64,000 bases of DNA, from NCBI GenBank assembly GCA_019358915.1, contig JAHHIM010000009.1, forward strand, positions 1 through 64,000, read 5' to 3'. This stretch comes from Trichormus sp. ATA11-4-KO1. Its GTDB lineage: Bacteria > Cyanobacteriota > Cyanobacteriia > Cyanobacteriales > Nostocaceae. Below the pieces are notes generated by a model. It did no database searches, was not told the DNA's origin, and was given only the letters and a program-made list of their open reading frames with translations. Numbering within the stretch: the stretch's first letter is position 1; every line of letters begins with the position of its first letter. The translations under genes were made by a program, and so were the position numbers. This document shows, one piece after another, positions 32,566 through 43,205 of the stretch.

Positions 32566-32792
32566 TCCATATACTCTTGAAAATCTTCAAGAGGTTCATC
32601 AAAATTATCAGGCAAGGGTAGAACAAAAGTTCCTTTTAAGATACCAGATCGACGTTTTTTTGGGAGTGAGCTTTCTTGAGAAATAGCCTGGGAATATTTT
32701 TCAACTAAATACTTGGCATAATGCAAGAGTTCTTGTTTAAGTGACTCTGGCATTTGATCTAGTGTTTGTAAAAGTTCTGAATCAATAGTCAT
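32562..32792 (-). CDS. DUF2281-type antitoxin
   Basis: 76 aa ending G.LKG...LPDNFDEPLEDF.EY; ATGA-type 4-nt overlap with vapC. Confidence 0.82.
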   Translation of the reverse strand: MTIDSELLQTLDQMPESLKQELLHYAKYLVEKYSQAISQESSLPKKRRSGILKGTFVLPLPDNFDEPLEDFQEYME

Positions 32793-33079
32793 GGTTTCTC
32801 CTAGGAGGTTTTGACTAAAGAGAGATGTCCACGCGGTAGTTAATGAATCGGGTGATAGACTATACTTGTAAAGCTGCTTTTAAGCAAAATCTTCACATCA
32901 ATAGATTAAGAAATTTGGCTTGCTGTTTTGGGTATAGCTAGAAAAACGTGCCCATTTTTTATTGTATCCCGTGATGACGTACCACTAACTACCCAAAATT
33001 AGAGAAGTATTGATTTAGAGATGCGATCGCTTTAAACTTTCGGGAAGATGGGAAAGTGTTTTTTGGTAAACCGTTGTTA

Positions 33080-33691
33080 TTAAATTGACCGCAACCACCC
33101 TAGAAAATCTTTTGTACTGGCGAAATATTTCTGTATTCCTGCTGCACTCAATATTTGCTTAATCTCTTTCGTGCCAAAGTCCTTAGAATTTCCAGTTAAC
33201 AGAATTTTCTGAGCATCTGAAAAGGTTTTAGCATGATTAAGAATAGAATGTAAAATTAAATTATCTGTGGGATCAGGAATAAATTTTTGATTGAGACTGT
33301 CTATAAGTATAGATGATTCTAGATTTATTAAATCCACATTATTTGCAGCCCATGTTAAAACTTCAAAAAGGCGAATATTGATATCATTGATTCTTCGGTC
33401 ACTTTGAATTTTCGCTTGTTCTAGGTATCTTTGAATTTCTTTAGAGTATTCAGAATTTACATCTCCTTTTACTTTACTGATTTCATCCACCATCCGTACT
33501 TTAAAACTATTACTTCTTTGACGTTCATTTTCTAGTACAGAAAGAGCTTCCATAAAGCAAATTGTCGGAGACACAATTTTAATTGATGAAATTGTATCAG
33601 AACTGCTATCACTCAGCAATTGCTCAGATTCTTTGTCTTGATTTTTAGCAAAAGCAATAAAAAAATTAGTTTCAATATAAAGTATAATCAC
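33080..33691 (-). CDS. PIN-like domain protein (DUF4935-like)
   Basis: IILYIETNF, ICFMEAL, DPTDNLIL, TGNSKDF acidic PIN pattern. Confidence 0.75.
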   Translation of the reverse strand: MIILYIETNFFIAFAKNQDKESEQLLSDSSSDTISSIKIVSPTICFMEALSVLENERQRSNSFKVRMVDEISKVKGDVNSEYSKEIQRYLEQAKIQSDRRINDINIRLFEVLTWAANNVDLINLESSILIDSLNQKFIPDPTDNLILHSILNHAKTFSDAQKILLTGNSKDFGTKEIKQILSAAGIQKYFASTKDFLGWLRSI

Positions 33692-34212
33692 TAAAATTTA
33701 TCCCCGGTAGTCTGTGCATCAGCTAGCTTATTTACAAAACCTATTTGTGTTAATTCTTGTAATTTAGGGGGATTATCTGTTTTCCAATTGTCAGCTAAAT
33801 CTCTTAACCAACTCTCGACTAATGTTTCTAGATAATATTCAAAAATTTTCTTAGATGCAAATTCGGAATCGTATTCAGTCATTACTTCACGAGTCGGGAA
33901 CGTGTAGACAGTTGCTAGATTTTCACCATCCCATTGAAAAATATTAATGTATTCAGGAGTAGCGGTCATCGCATAAGGAACTGTAACGTGATTATGTTCC
34001 TTCTCAAATTTGAGAATTTCTTCTACTTTTCCTTTAATATCTTCCTCAATATCTCTGGCTCTAATTTTCGATACTAAAAGCTTTTGTCCGTTTTTATCCC
34101 AAGCTGTAATATCAGATACTTCTATTGTTGGGCTACTTAGTTTTTCAACGTCCATTTTTCTAGTCCTCGTGACATTGACTATTGCAACACCTTTATTGTA
34201 AAGGATGAGCAA
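33691..34212 (-). CDS. Hypothetical protein, possibly a degenerate restriction-endonuclease-like fold
   Basis: SDITAWDKNGQKLLVSKIR resembles D-x(n)-ExK spacing with substitutions; its TAG stop overlaps the GTG of the PIN gene. The start may be MDVEK (34155). Confidence 0.55.
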   Translation of the reverse strand: MLILYNKGVAIVNVTRTRKMDVEKLSSPTIEVSDITAWDKNGQKLLVSKIRARDIEEDIKGKVEEILKFEKEHNHVTVPYAMTATPEYINIFQWDGENLATVYTFPTREVMTEYDSEFASKKIFEYYLETLVESWLRDLADNWKTDNPPKLQELTQIGFVNKLADAQTTGDKF

Positions 34213-34278
34213 ATAAATCAGTTACAATAATAGTGATAAATATGATTGTAACTATGAGCGTCGTTATTCCTAACTAAA

Positions 34279-35228
34279 GGTAGTGGTAAATATGTAGTGA
34301 GAATAAAATTAGGCGCTACAACAAGAATTATAATGATGAATAAAATACCAGATAGCACCAATGTGGTTATCTAGCCTTTTTGAGAATGATAAAGTTTTTC
34401 TAACCAAGCGAGAGATTCTTTGACGCATTGTATTGTTGAAACGTTCAATATGGTTAGTCTTGCCACTTTCTTTCCCTACTGCCTGATGACGTTTTTGAGG
34501 AATAACTTGTGCATAAGCTGCCCAAAAATCTGTATAACAAACAGCACACTGACGATAAATTGGTGGTAGAGAATTCCATAATCCTCTAGCTCCATCTTCA
34601 CTGCGCTCGCCTATGTAAACTCCAACTATTTCTCTAGTCTTTTTATCCAAAGCTAACCAAATCCATTTCTTATTATTTTTACTAGCTACGAATGACCAAG
34701 CCTCGTCACATTCGATAGTCAACTTTCCTTTAGGTTTCTCTGAAACCTTAACCTCTTGAGGAATCTGAGTATATTTGTTATTAACGTATTTCTGTAACCA
34801 AGTTTCTGAAACAAGAGCAGCACGAGCAATCCCTGCCAGAGGTATCTTTTCAAGTAAAAGTCGATCAATCAGCTCTATCGTATCTTTACTAATAACTTTA
34901 TTAGTGGGATTTTCTATAAACTGTCTTTTACAGTTTTGACACTGATACTTTGGTTTTTGATGATGAATCCTACCGTTTTTGACAGTATGTTGAGAACCGC
35001 AACTGGGGCAAGTAGGTGTTTTGGCTGACATCGAGGCTGCAATATTCTAATTTTAAAATACTTGTACTTTATTACTTTTAACATTTTCTGGCTAAACGAT
35101 ATATTTAGCAATCTTATCCTTGAGAGACAATTCAATCAGCCAGTTAAATAGAATTCAAAATTCCCATAGCTAAAAATGAATAATTTGATTTAGAAATTAT
35201 CAGGTTTCACTACATATTTACCACTACC
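34279..35228 (-). mobile_element. IS1-family insertion sequence, 950 bp
   Basis: Perfect 22-bp terminal inverted repeats ggtagtggtaaatatgtagtga (34279-34300 and 35207-35228) enclosing the transposase. Confidence 0.93.
34309..35031 (-). CDS. IS1 transposase (InsA and InsB regions in one frame)
   Basis: CPSCGS..KNG..CQNC zinc ribbon, ECDEAWSFV, YTDFW, IERFNNTMRQR..RLVRKTLSFSK. Confidence 0.93.
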   Translation of the reverse strand: MSAKTPTCPSCGSQHTVKNGRIHHQKPKYQCQNCKRQFIENPTNKVISKDTIELIDRLLLEKIPLAGIARAALVSETWLQKYVNNKYTQIPQEVKVSEKPKGKLTIECDEAWSFVASKNNKKWIWLALDKKTREIVGVYIGERSEDGARGLWNSLPPIYRQCAVCYTDFWAAYAQVIPQKRHQAVGKESGKTNHIERFNNTMRQRISRLVRKTLSFSKRLDNHIGAIWYFIHHYNSCCSA

Positions 35229-35422
35229 CGAATGTTTTGACTATAATTTTTATCCACCTTGAAAGGGCTAGTTCCATAATTGGAATCTAAACATCACCGT
35301 CTTTGTAGTCAAGCTCAAATCAGCAAAATATTCTGGTAAAAAAAGTATTAGTCAGCTAACGAACCAAGGATAATGGAGCATAATTAACCTTTATAGCTGT
35401 TAACACAACGCCACAAATAACT

Positions 35423-36427
35423 ATGAATACACAACCAAGCAACAAAATAATTCGCGTCGGAGTCCTGGGTTTTGGCGGACTCGGACAAGCAGCCGCTAAA
35501 GTCCTCGCCGGTAAACGGGAAATGATTTTAGTTGCAGCCGCAGATCAAAAAGGCTACGCATACTCTACTGAAAGTTTAAATACTGAACAATGCATTAAAA
35601 CTTACCAATCTCAAGGTTCTGTTGGTTATCTAGAACCAGTTGGCACATTAAGCAATAACAGCATTCAAGATTTAATCGCTACCAGTCAGCCTGTAGATGG
35701 GTATTTTCTCGCATTACCTAACCTGCCGAATGACTTTATCCCCTCAGTCGCCCAAGAATTTATCAAATCCGGTTGGCGGGGTGTGCTAGTAGATGCCATT
35801 AAACGCACTAGTGCCGTAGAACAACTCTTAGCGATGAAAGCAGAACTGCAAGCAGCCGGAATTACTTATATGACAGGATGTGGTGCAACACCAGGACTAT
35901 TAACCGCCGCCGCCGCTTTAGCAGCCCAAAGCTACGCCGAAATTCACAAAGTAGAAATTACCTTTGGTGTAGGTATTGCCAACTGGGAAGCTTACCGCGC
36001 CACGGTTCGGGAAGATATTGGCCATATGCCAGGTTACACAGTGGAAACTGCCAAGGCAATGACTGACGCAGAGGTAGAAGCCCTGCTAGATAAAACTAAT
36101 GGCGTACTGACTTTAGAGAATATGGAACATGCCGATGACGTGATGTTAGAATTTGCCGGCATTTGTGCGCGCGATCGCGTTACTGTTGGTGGTGTAGTCG
36201 ATACTCGCAATCCCAAAAAGCCCCTCAGCACCAACGTTAAGATTACAGGACGCACCTTTGAAGGGAAAATTTCTACCCATACCTTTACTTTGGGAGATGA
36301 AACCAGCATGGCAGCCAATGTCTGCGGACCTGCCTTTGGTTATCTCAAAGCTGGTAGGCAATTGCACCAGCGCGGTATTTATGGAATATTTACGGCTGCT
36401 GAAATTATGCCTCAATTTGTGAATTAA
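35423..36427 (+). CDS. bioU: BioU-type biotin biosynthesis enzyme (saccharopine dehydrogenase-like)
   Basis: GFGGLG Rossmann motif, [31 protein letters not shown]; matches my recollection of cyanobacterial BioU. Confidence 0.8.
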   Translation: MNTQPSNKIIRVGVLGFGGLGQAAAKVLAGKREMILVAAADQKGYAYSTESLNTEQCIKTYQSQGSVGYLEPVGTLSNNSIQDLIATSQPVDGYFLALPNLPNDFIPSVAQEFIKSGWRGVLVDAIKRTSAVEQLLAMKAELQAAGITYMTGCGATPGLLTAAAALAAQSYAEIHKVEITFGVGIANWEAYRATVREDIGHMPGYTVETAKAMTDAEVEALLDKTNGVLTLENMEHADDVMLEFAGICARDRVTVGGVVDTRNPKKPLSTNVKITGRTFEGKISTHTFTLGDETSMAANVCGPAFGYLKAGRQLHQRGIYGIFTAAEIMPQFVN

Positions 36428-36442
36428 AAATTAAGCATAGAC

Positions 36443-36485
36443 AAATAAAAATGCCAGAGAAATTCTTCTTTTGGCATTTTTATTT
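36443..36485. terminator. Bidirectional terminator between convergent genes
   Basis: aaataaaaatgccagagaa / ttcttttggcatttttattt inverted repeat. Confidence 0.7.
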
Positions 36486-36495
36486 TTTCGTTGAG

Positions 36496-37053
36496 TTACA
36501 CTGGTGGAATTTCTGAAAAATAAGAGTCGGAATTTTCTTCCAGTAGCAACTCTGGTGTTTGCATAATAAATGGCAGTTCTGCTCCCACAAGTCCTCGTTG
36601 GATGCGTTCTGATGTTTCACCAAAAATCACAAACAACGGATATATAGTATTAGCTCCCTCACTTAAAATATGACTGTGGCGAGGAGGCATTAACCACTCA
36701 TAGTCTTTATCCAGCGAAACTTGAGTTCGTCGCCAACGTCCTAACAAATCAGAAAAATCTTCATGAGGACGGTGAATAAAGACGAGAATTTCTGCACCAG
36801 TTTTAATTTTCCACTCTGGATCACACATCAAAATAGCTACATCACAGAATAAGCAAATCGCTTGTGAGTCTGAAGTTGCAGTGCTGCGGAAGCGGACAAT
36901 AGGCAAAGGGATGGTGATGACACTTTCATCTGGACGGCGCAGACTGGGAATCATTTCCAAATATGGTCGGTGTTGCTTTAGTAGAGCGATCGCAGCTAAA
37001 TTATTGCTATACTCTGCCAAGCTTGCTTCATAGTGAAATTTTTGCAAAGCCAT
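36496..37053 (-). CDS. Conserved hypothetical protein downstream of pilC
   Basis: 185-aa clean ORF; no motif recognised. Confidence 0.7.
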   Translation of the reverse strand: MALQKFHYEASLAEYSNNLAAIALLKQHRPYLEMIPSLRRPDESVITIPLPIVRFRSTATSDSQAICLFCDVAILMCDPEWKIKTGAEILVFIHRPHEDFSDLLGRWRRTQVSLDKDYEWLMPPRHSHILSEGANTIYPLFVIFGETSERIQRGLVGAELPFIMQTPELLLEENSDSYFSEIPPV

Positions 37054-37252
37054 AATTCATTAAATAAATCATTAAAAGTTTGTAGTGTTCGCGTAGCGTC
37101 TCGAAGAGAGGACTTCAGTCCTCAAATACTAATTTGTAGTTCCAAAAAATTATTCAATTGGGGATGGCAAACAAAATCTTAAATTTTAAATTATGTAGAG
37201 TTAGGAATATAAAATTTTTATTCCTAACTCATAACTCATCCATTCTCATCAC

Positions 37253-38473
37253 CTAGCCCAAAGTTTCAAATACTTTAAACATAGGCAAATACATCGCTAG
37301 CAAAATCGTGCCCACCATACCCCCTAAAACCACAATCATCAGTGGTTCCAAAACACTAGTTAGCGCTTTAACTGCCTGTTCCACTTCATCTTCATAAAAA
37401 TCAGCAATTTTCATCAACATGGCATCTAATTCACCAGTTTCTTCACCAATGCTAATCATCTGAATTGCCATCACCGGAAAAACCTGATCTTTCTGCAAAG
37501 CAAGACTAATCATTCCTCCCTGTTGAATTTCTGCGCGTGCTGCATCTATGGCGTTAGCAACAACTTGGTTTCCTGATGTATCCCGCACAATTTCCAAACA
37601 AGTAAGAATTGGCACACCTGAACGAGTCAGAGCGCCGAAAGTGCGACTAAATCGGGCTACCGATGATTTTTGAATCAAGTCACCAAACAAGGGCATTTTG
37701 AGAGAAAGACGATCAATAGTAATGCGACCAACGGGTGTTTTGTAATATTGCTTATAAGCAATTCCCAATCCTATGAGAATACCAATGACAACTAAAACCC
37801 GCCAACTTCTCAATACTTCACTACACATCATCAAAAATTGAGTGAGTGCTGGCAACTCCGTACCCAATTCTGTAAAAATTTTGGCGAAAATGGGAATGAG
37901 AAACACAGTCATCCCCACAAAGATGCCGGTTGCTAAAACCCCCACAACTACAGGATAAGATAATGCTGCTTTAATTTGGTTTTGTAATCTAGCAACATCC
38001 TCTAATAACTTAGCCAACCTGTTTAGCACTTCATCTAAAACACCACCGACTTCACCAGCCTGAATCATACTGACATATAAACCATCAAAGCATTCAGGAT
38101 GTTTACGCATTGAATCTGAAAGATTCATACCGCTTTGAACATCATTGCTAATGTCAATTAGTGCTTTTTTTAATTTAGGATTACTACACTGTTCGGAAAG
38201 TACACCTAAACTTCTGACAATCGCTACACCTGCATTCACCAAAGCAGCAAATTGCCTAGAAAAGACGGCTTTATCTTTAACAGAAACTTTAGCAAGTGCC
38301 GTCTCCAGGTTCTTCAAATCAAAGCTACCAAGACTTTGAGACTGCTTCAAGTCTTGGATAACAAAACCCTGCTGTCTTAGATTAGTGCGAGCTTGTGACA
38401 AGGATTCGGCAACAATTTTTTCCTTTCGAGATTTGCCTTGGGAATCCCGAATACGAGCAACGTATGTTGGCAT
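37253..38473 (-). CDS. pilC: Type IV pilus platform protein
   Basis: FSRQFAAL..AGV, AGEVGGVL, IGEETGELD; two T2SSF repeats. Confidence 0.95.
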   Translation of the reverse strand: MPTYVARIRDSQGKSRKEKIVAESLSQARTNLRQQGFVIQDLKQSQSLGSFDLKNLETALAKVSVKDKAVFSRQFAALVNAGVAIVRSLGVLSEQCSNPKLKKALIDISNDVQSGMNLSDSMRKHPECFDGLYVSMIQAGEVGGVLDEVLNRLAKLLEDVARLQNQIKAALSYPVVVGVLATGIFVGMTVFLIPIFAKIFTELGTELPALTQFLMMCSEVLRSWRVLVVIGILIGLGIAYKQYYKTPVGRITIDRLSLKMPLFGDLIQKSSVARFSRTFGALTRSGVPILTCLEIVRDTSGNQVVANAIDAARAEIQQGGMISLALQKDQVFPVMAIQMISIGEETGELDAMLMKIADFYEDEVEQAVKALTSVLEPLMIVVLGGMVGTILLAMYLPMFKVFETLG

Positions 38474-38565
38474 GGATTAAGTAATTCAAAATTAGATAAT
38501 TGTAAGAGTTACAGAAGTTTGGATCTTAGATTGAGTCAATCTAAAATCTAAAATTCGGTCAAAAT

Positions 38566-39693
38566 TTAATGCGCTCTGACAGCCCCATTAGCACCAGGTC
38601 TGGCACCTGCTGGTGGCGCAGCCGTACCAATGAGACGTTGGATCTCATCTGGCTTAGAAGTCTTCGACATCGCCGCTTCAAAAGAAATAGTTCCAGCTTT
38701 GTATAAATCGGCTAAAACCTTTTCTAAAGTTTGCATTCCCAATTTGCCGCCAGTCTGGATAGCCGAGTAAATTTGTGATGTTTTACCTTCTCGAATCAAG
38801 TTAGAAATAGCAGGAGTGACGATAAGAATTTCTTGAGCCATTACTCGACCGAATTCACCAGGTTTGGGATTTTTCTTAGTCACCAAGGTTTGGCTAAACA
38901 CAGCTACTAAAGAGTTAGATAACTGCACTCGCACTTGAGTTTGTTTTTCATGGGGAAAAACGTCGATAATCCGGTCAACTGTCTGTGCGGCGGAACTGGT
39001 GTGCAAAGTACCAAATACTAAGTGTCCTGTTTCCGCAGCTGAAATAGCCAAAGAAATCGTTTCTAAATCACGCATCTCCCCTACCAGAATAATATCTGGA
39101 TCTTCCCGTAGAGCTGCTTTCAAAGCATTAGCAAAACTCTTGGTATCTTCACCCAGTTGTCTTTGGTGAACTAAGCTTTTAATCGGTTCATAAACGAATT
39201 CAATCGGGTCTTCTACCGTGAGAATATGCTCTGCTTTGGTGCGGTTAATCAAGTCAATCATTGCCGCTAGGGTAGTTGTTTTGCCCGAACCTGTGGGACC
39301 TGTTACCAGAATTAATCCTCTGGGCTTATCTGACATTTCTCTTACCACATCTGGCAAACCTAATTTTTCAAAATTAGGAATTTTAGAACTTAGTGCCCGT
39401 AAACAAGCAGCATAAGCACCACGTTCTTTATAGACGTTCACCCGAAAGCGAGCTAAACCCTTCACACCATAAGAACAATCCAACTCCCAGGTTTGCTCTA
39501 AGGTTTTTCTCTGGGTGTTGTTGAGCATACTAAAAATCAGTCTTTGACACTGGTCTGCACTCAATACTTCGTCGCCTATGGGAGTGAGTTTGCCACTGAT
39601 GCGAAAGTAGGGAGGCAAACCTGCGGATAAATGCAAATCCGAGCCACCCATTTCAATCATCTGTTCCATCAAGTCTTCAATCATCATTTCCAT
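38566..39693 (-). CDS. pilT: Type IV pilus retraction ATPase
   Basis: GSDLHL, GPTGSGKTT, ALREDPD, GTLHT, AISNLIRE, GMQT. Confidence 0.96.
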   Translation of the reverse strand: MEMMIEDLMEQMIEMGGSDLHLSAGLPPYFRISGKLTPIGDEVLSADQCQRLIFSMLNNTQRKTLEQTWELDCSYGVKGLARFRVNVYKERGAYAACLRALSSKIPNFEKLGLPDVVREMSDKPRGLILVTGPTGSGKTTTLAAMIDLINRTKAEHILTVEDPIEFVYEPIKSLVHQRQLGEDTKSFANALKAALREDPDIILVGEMRDLETISLAISAAETGHLVFGTLHTSSAAQTVDRIIDVFPHEKQTQVRVQLSNSLVAVFSQTLVTKKNPKPGEFGRVMAQEILIVTPAISNLIREGKTSQIYSAIQTGGKLGMQTLEKVLADLYKAGTISFEAAMSKTSKPDEIQRLIGTAAPPAGARPGANGAVRAH

Positions 39694-39762
39694 AGTTCTA
39701 ATTCCTTGTTTTTCTGTTAAATGCCCATTCCATGTTCAAAAGCCATTACTAATGACTAATTC

Positions 39763-41778
39763 TTAATCTTGAAAACGAGGAGTCATACAGTAGGGACAAT
39801 CTAGCCATTCCGGTTGTAATTCGGCGCTACAACTCCGGCAAGTAAGACCGCTCTTGCGTTTGGCTTTTAACTCTGCTTCCAAACCAGTATCGGTAAAAGT
39901 CACCCGTTCTACTTCTTCCAGGGTGGTGGCACCTTGGCGGACTAAATCGAGACTGTAAGCCAGCAAGGTTTTCATCCCCTCTTCTACTGCTACTTCCTTA
40001 ATGCGTTCTGTTGGTGCTTCTTGGTTGATTAAGGTTTGTAGATTTTCCGTAACTCGCATAACTTCGTAAACACCACAGCGTCCTTTGTAGCCAGAGCCAC
40101 TACAAGTTGGGCAAACTTGCTGATTTTTAGCTTTTGCTTCCGCAAGTTCTTCTAATGTCAAAGTATTAGCTTTGTAAAAAGTTACACCCACATCTTGGGA
40201 AGCTGATAGACCATAGCGAGCCAGTTCTTCGGTTGTGGGAGTATAGGGAATGCGACAGTCAGAACATACACGCCGCACCAAACGTTGTGCCAACACACCA
40301 ATCAAAGAGCTAGAAACCATGAACGGCTCAATACCCATTTCTCCCAGACGAGCGATCGCACCAGGGGCATCATTGGTGTGTAAAGTAGTTAAGACTAAGT
40401 GACCTGTTAAAGCAGCCTCAATCGCAGTTTTTGCTGTTTCCTTGTCCCGCGTTTCACCCACTAGCAACACATCCGGGTCTTGCCGCAAAAAAGCCCGCAA
40501 TGCCGTAGCAAAATCTAGTCCTTTTTCTCGAATTACCTGTACTTGAGTAATCCCTGGCAAACTGTACTCAATGGGGTCTTCTACCGTACTAATATTGATT
40601 CCCGGTGAGTTCTTTTCTGCTAACGCAGAATACAGCGATGTAGTTTTACCAGAACCTGTGGGGCCTGTCACCAAAATCAAACCAAAGGGACGGCTTACCA
40701 TTTCCTGGACAATTTGCAACGTTTCGGGATCAGTAATTAACTTATTCAATCCCAATTGAGTGGCAGAGTTATCCAAAATCCGTAGTACTATCTTTTCCCC
40801 ATACCGACTAGGCAAAGTATTTACACGGAAGTCCACCTTCCGTCCCTCGAACATGCGCCGGATACGTCCATCTTGGGGTAAGCGTCGTTCGGCAATATCT
40901 AGATTGGAGATGATTTTAAATCGAGCTGTGACCGCCGGCACGATTTTTTTCGGTAGGGGATCAAAAGCTTCACGCAACACCCCATCTTTGCGAAAACGAA
41001 TGCGTAAGTTTTCTTCCTGTGGTTCGACGTGAATATCCGAAACCCCTTCATGTAAAGCTTTAGCCAGAATTCTGTTGACAAGATTGATCACAGGGGCATC
41101 TTCTGCGCCCTTCATTGCTGCCCCTAAATCAGCCTCCATATCTTCTGGGGCATCTTCTAGGTCGAGATTACCGATATTCTCTAAATCTTGATTAATATCT
41201 GTAAATTTTTGTTGTTCCAGGTGCTTTTGCCGCACAGCTAAATCATCCAAGTATTGGTTAATTAGCTGTTGGTAATCTTCCTGGGTAATCACCATGCGCT
41301 GCAATGCCAAACCTTGGGGGCGCAAAATCCGGTTGAGGTCATCGGAAGCTTCTAAATTATCCGGATCGACCATCGCCACTAGAAGACAGGGCGGGTTTTG
41401 GGCTTCATTTTTTGATAACGGCACCAAGCGATGACGACGACAAATATCCGCCGGAATCAGGGTTTCAATTAGGTTCCCCACATTTGTATTGCCGATGTCG
41501 TTGACTTCCGGATCAAGGAACTCAACGCCGTATAATATTTTAAGTTCAAATAGCTGCTGTTTCTTGTACTGCCGGAGAAACTCAGGTGATAGTTGTCGCC
41601 CGGTGATTGACTCCAGTACTTCCGTCAAGGGTATGCCAGATTTGCGACTTTCAATCAGCGCTTGCCGCATCTGTTCATTGTTGACATAGCCAGACTGTAC
41701 TAGCTTATTACCAAAGGACGAAAACTCTGTTCTTGTAGTTAGAGCGGTACTGCGCCGTTGTGGTGACGAGTAAGTCAT
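39763..41778 (-). CDS. pilB: Type IV pilus assembly ATPase with C-terminal Cys-rich extension
   Basis: SDIHVEP, RLPQDGR, GPTGSGKTT, LRQDPD, TLHTND; terminal CRSC...CPYC. Confidence 0.95.
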   Translation of the reverse strand: MTYSSPQRRSTALTTRTEFSSFGNKLVQSGYVNNEQMRQALIESRKSGIPLTEVLESITGRQLSPEFLRQYKKQQLFELKILYGVEFLDPEVNDIGNTNVGNLIETLIPADICRRHRLVPLSKNEAQNPPCLLVAMVDPDNLEASDDLNRILRPQGLALQRMVITQEDYQQLINQYLDDLAVRQKHLEQQKFTDINQDLENIGNLDLEDAPEDMEADLGAAMKGAEDAPVINLVNRILAKALHEGVSDIHVEPQEENLRIRFRKDGVLREAFDPLPKKIVPAVTARFKIISNLDIAERRLPQDGRIRRMFEGRKVDFRVNTLPSRYGEKIVLRILDNSATQLGLNKLITDPETLQIVQEMVSRPFGLILVTGPTGSGKTTSLYSALAEKNSPGINISTVEDPIEYSLPGITQVQVIREKGLDFATALRAFLRQDPDVLLVGETRDKETAKTAIEAALTGHLVLTTLHTNDAPGAIARLGEMGIEPFMVSSSLIGVLAQRLVRRVCSDCRIPYTPTTEELARYGLSASQDVGVTFYKANTLTLEELAEAKAKNQQVCPTCSGSGYKGRCGVYEVMRVTENLQTLINQEAPTERIKEVAVEEGMKTLLAYSLDLVRQGATTLEEVERVTFTDTGLEAELKAKRKSGLTCRSCSAELQPEWLDCPYCMTPRFQD

Positions 41779-42004
41779 AGGTGAGCAATGAGTAGGGAAA
41801 ACCTCTGATTAAAGTATTCCCAGCCTAAGGCAGAGAATTTTCATTGACACTGAGTAAATTTAGGTCAGCCCCTTCAGGGAATTAAAAATTAAAAATTAAA
41901 AATTGAAGACCCCATAGATGAGTCTGGAGGTTTGAATAATGATGAGGGGTGAGTAATTGAAGTGCCACTCTTCCCAAAGGTTTACTCCTGGTGTTAACCT
42001 ACTC

Positions 42005-42020
42005 GTTCGGGATACCGTCC
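42005..42020 (+). promoter_or_regulatory. K-box-like chaperone-gene regulatory motif (imperfect)
   Basis: GTTCGGGATACCGTCC versus the recalled consensus GTTCGG-NNAN-CCNNAC; upstream of grpE-dnaK. Confidence 0.35.
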
Positions 42021-42166
42021 CCAGGGAGTCTACGCTAACGTGTTCACCATTTGTCACAATAATGAAAACGTGACATCACTTCCAGGAAAATGTCAGCAAC
42101 AAAATTAGCCTCAGTTGTAAGCTGTGGTGACGTACTGCCATAAACACAATCTGGGACGAGTAGACC

Positions 42167-42913
42167 ATGATGGACGAAAATAAACAGGTAAACAACATAA
42201 GCCAGCAATTGGGTGAACCAACAGAGGTAAAGCAAGCAATGAAGAGCGACTCCCCAGCCCAAATCAACTCCAACGAATCTGGTAGCGAGGTTACTGAGCA
42301 AGTGACAACCCCAACTAATGTATCGGAAGATACGACACTTACACCAGAAAATGGCGTCGCTGCGACTGAGAAGACTGAAGTAGAAACGGCTGCTTTGGCA
42401 GAATTGACTCAACAAATCGATTCCCTGAAAGCGCAACTAGAGGAACGCAACAGTCAATATATGAGGATTGCGGCAGATTTTGAGAATTACCGCAAACGCA
42501 CCAGCAAAGAAAAAGAAGAGCTAGATTTGCTGGTGAAACGTAACACAATCTTGGAATTGCTGCCCATAGTCGATAATTTTGAACGAGCCCGAGCGCATCT
42601 CAAGCCACAAAGTGATGGCGAGATGACAATTCACAAAAGTTATCAAGGAGTTTATAAACAATTAGTGGATTCCCTCAAGCGCTTAGGTGTATCACCAATG
42701 CGTCCTGAAGGCCAAGAATTTGATCCTAACCTCCATGAAGCAGTAATGCGGGAACCTACGGATGAACATCCGGAAGGAACAGTGTTAGAAGAGTTAGTAC
42801 GCGGATATTATTTGGGCGATCGCGTGCTACGCCATTCAATGGTTAAGGTGGCTGCTCCCAAGGAAGACACACCACCTGCACAGGAAGATCAGTCGAGTCC
42901 ATCTGACAGTTAA
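42167..42913 (+). CDS. grpE: Nucleotide exchange factor GrpE
   Basis: [36 protein letters not shown]. Confidence 0.96.
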   Translation: MMDENKQVNNISQQLGEPTEVKQAMKSDSPAQINSNESGSEVTEQVTTPTNVSEDTTLTPENGVAATEKTEVETAALAELTQQIDSLKAQLEERNSQYMRIAADFENYRKRTSKEKEELDLLVKRNTILELLPIVDNFERARAHLKPQSDGEMTIHKSYQGVYKQLVDSLKRLGVSPMRPEGQEFDPNLHEAVMREPTDEHPEGTVLEELVRGYYLGDRVLRHSMVKVAAPKEDTPPAQEDQSSPSDS

Positions 42914-43205
42914 ACTGTAGTTGCTCGCCTCATTAACCAAAAGTGCCTAGGTTCTAGTAAGGACGAGCATCGCATATCTCAACAAGGATAGGGCTGTTGA
43001 CAGTTTGCCGGACTTTCGCAGCCCACCTTTTGATAGCAGCTTGCATCTAGGGTGCGACTTTTTCACAAAAAGTCAACCCTAAACAACAGTCCGTGTTTCA
43101 AATACTCCCAAGAGGAGTTCCACAGACGTTACCGTAAGCTTTAGCCCATACAAAAATAGTCCGCGAAACATCACGGCAGCAGCACTCAGTAAAAATACTG
43201 TACGT

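Noticed and set aside
41780..43205. CIRCE operator for grpE-dnaK
   Set aside because: No TTAGCACTC-N9-GAGTGCTAA found.
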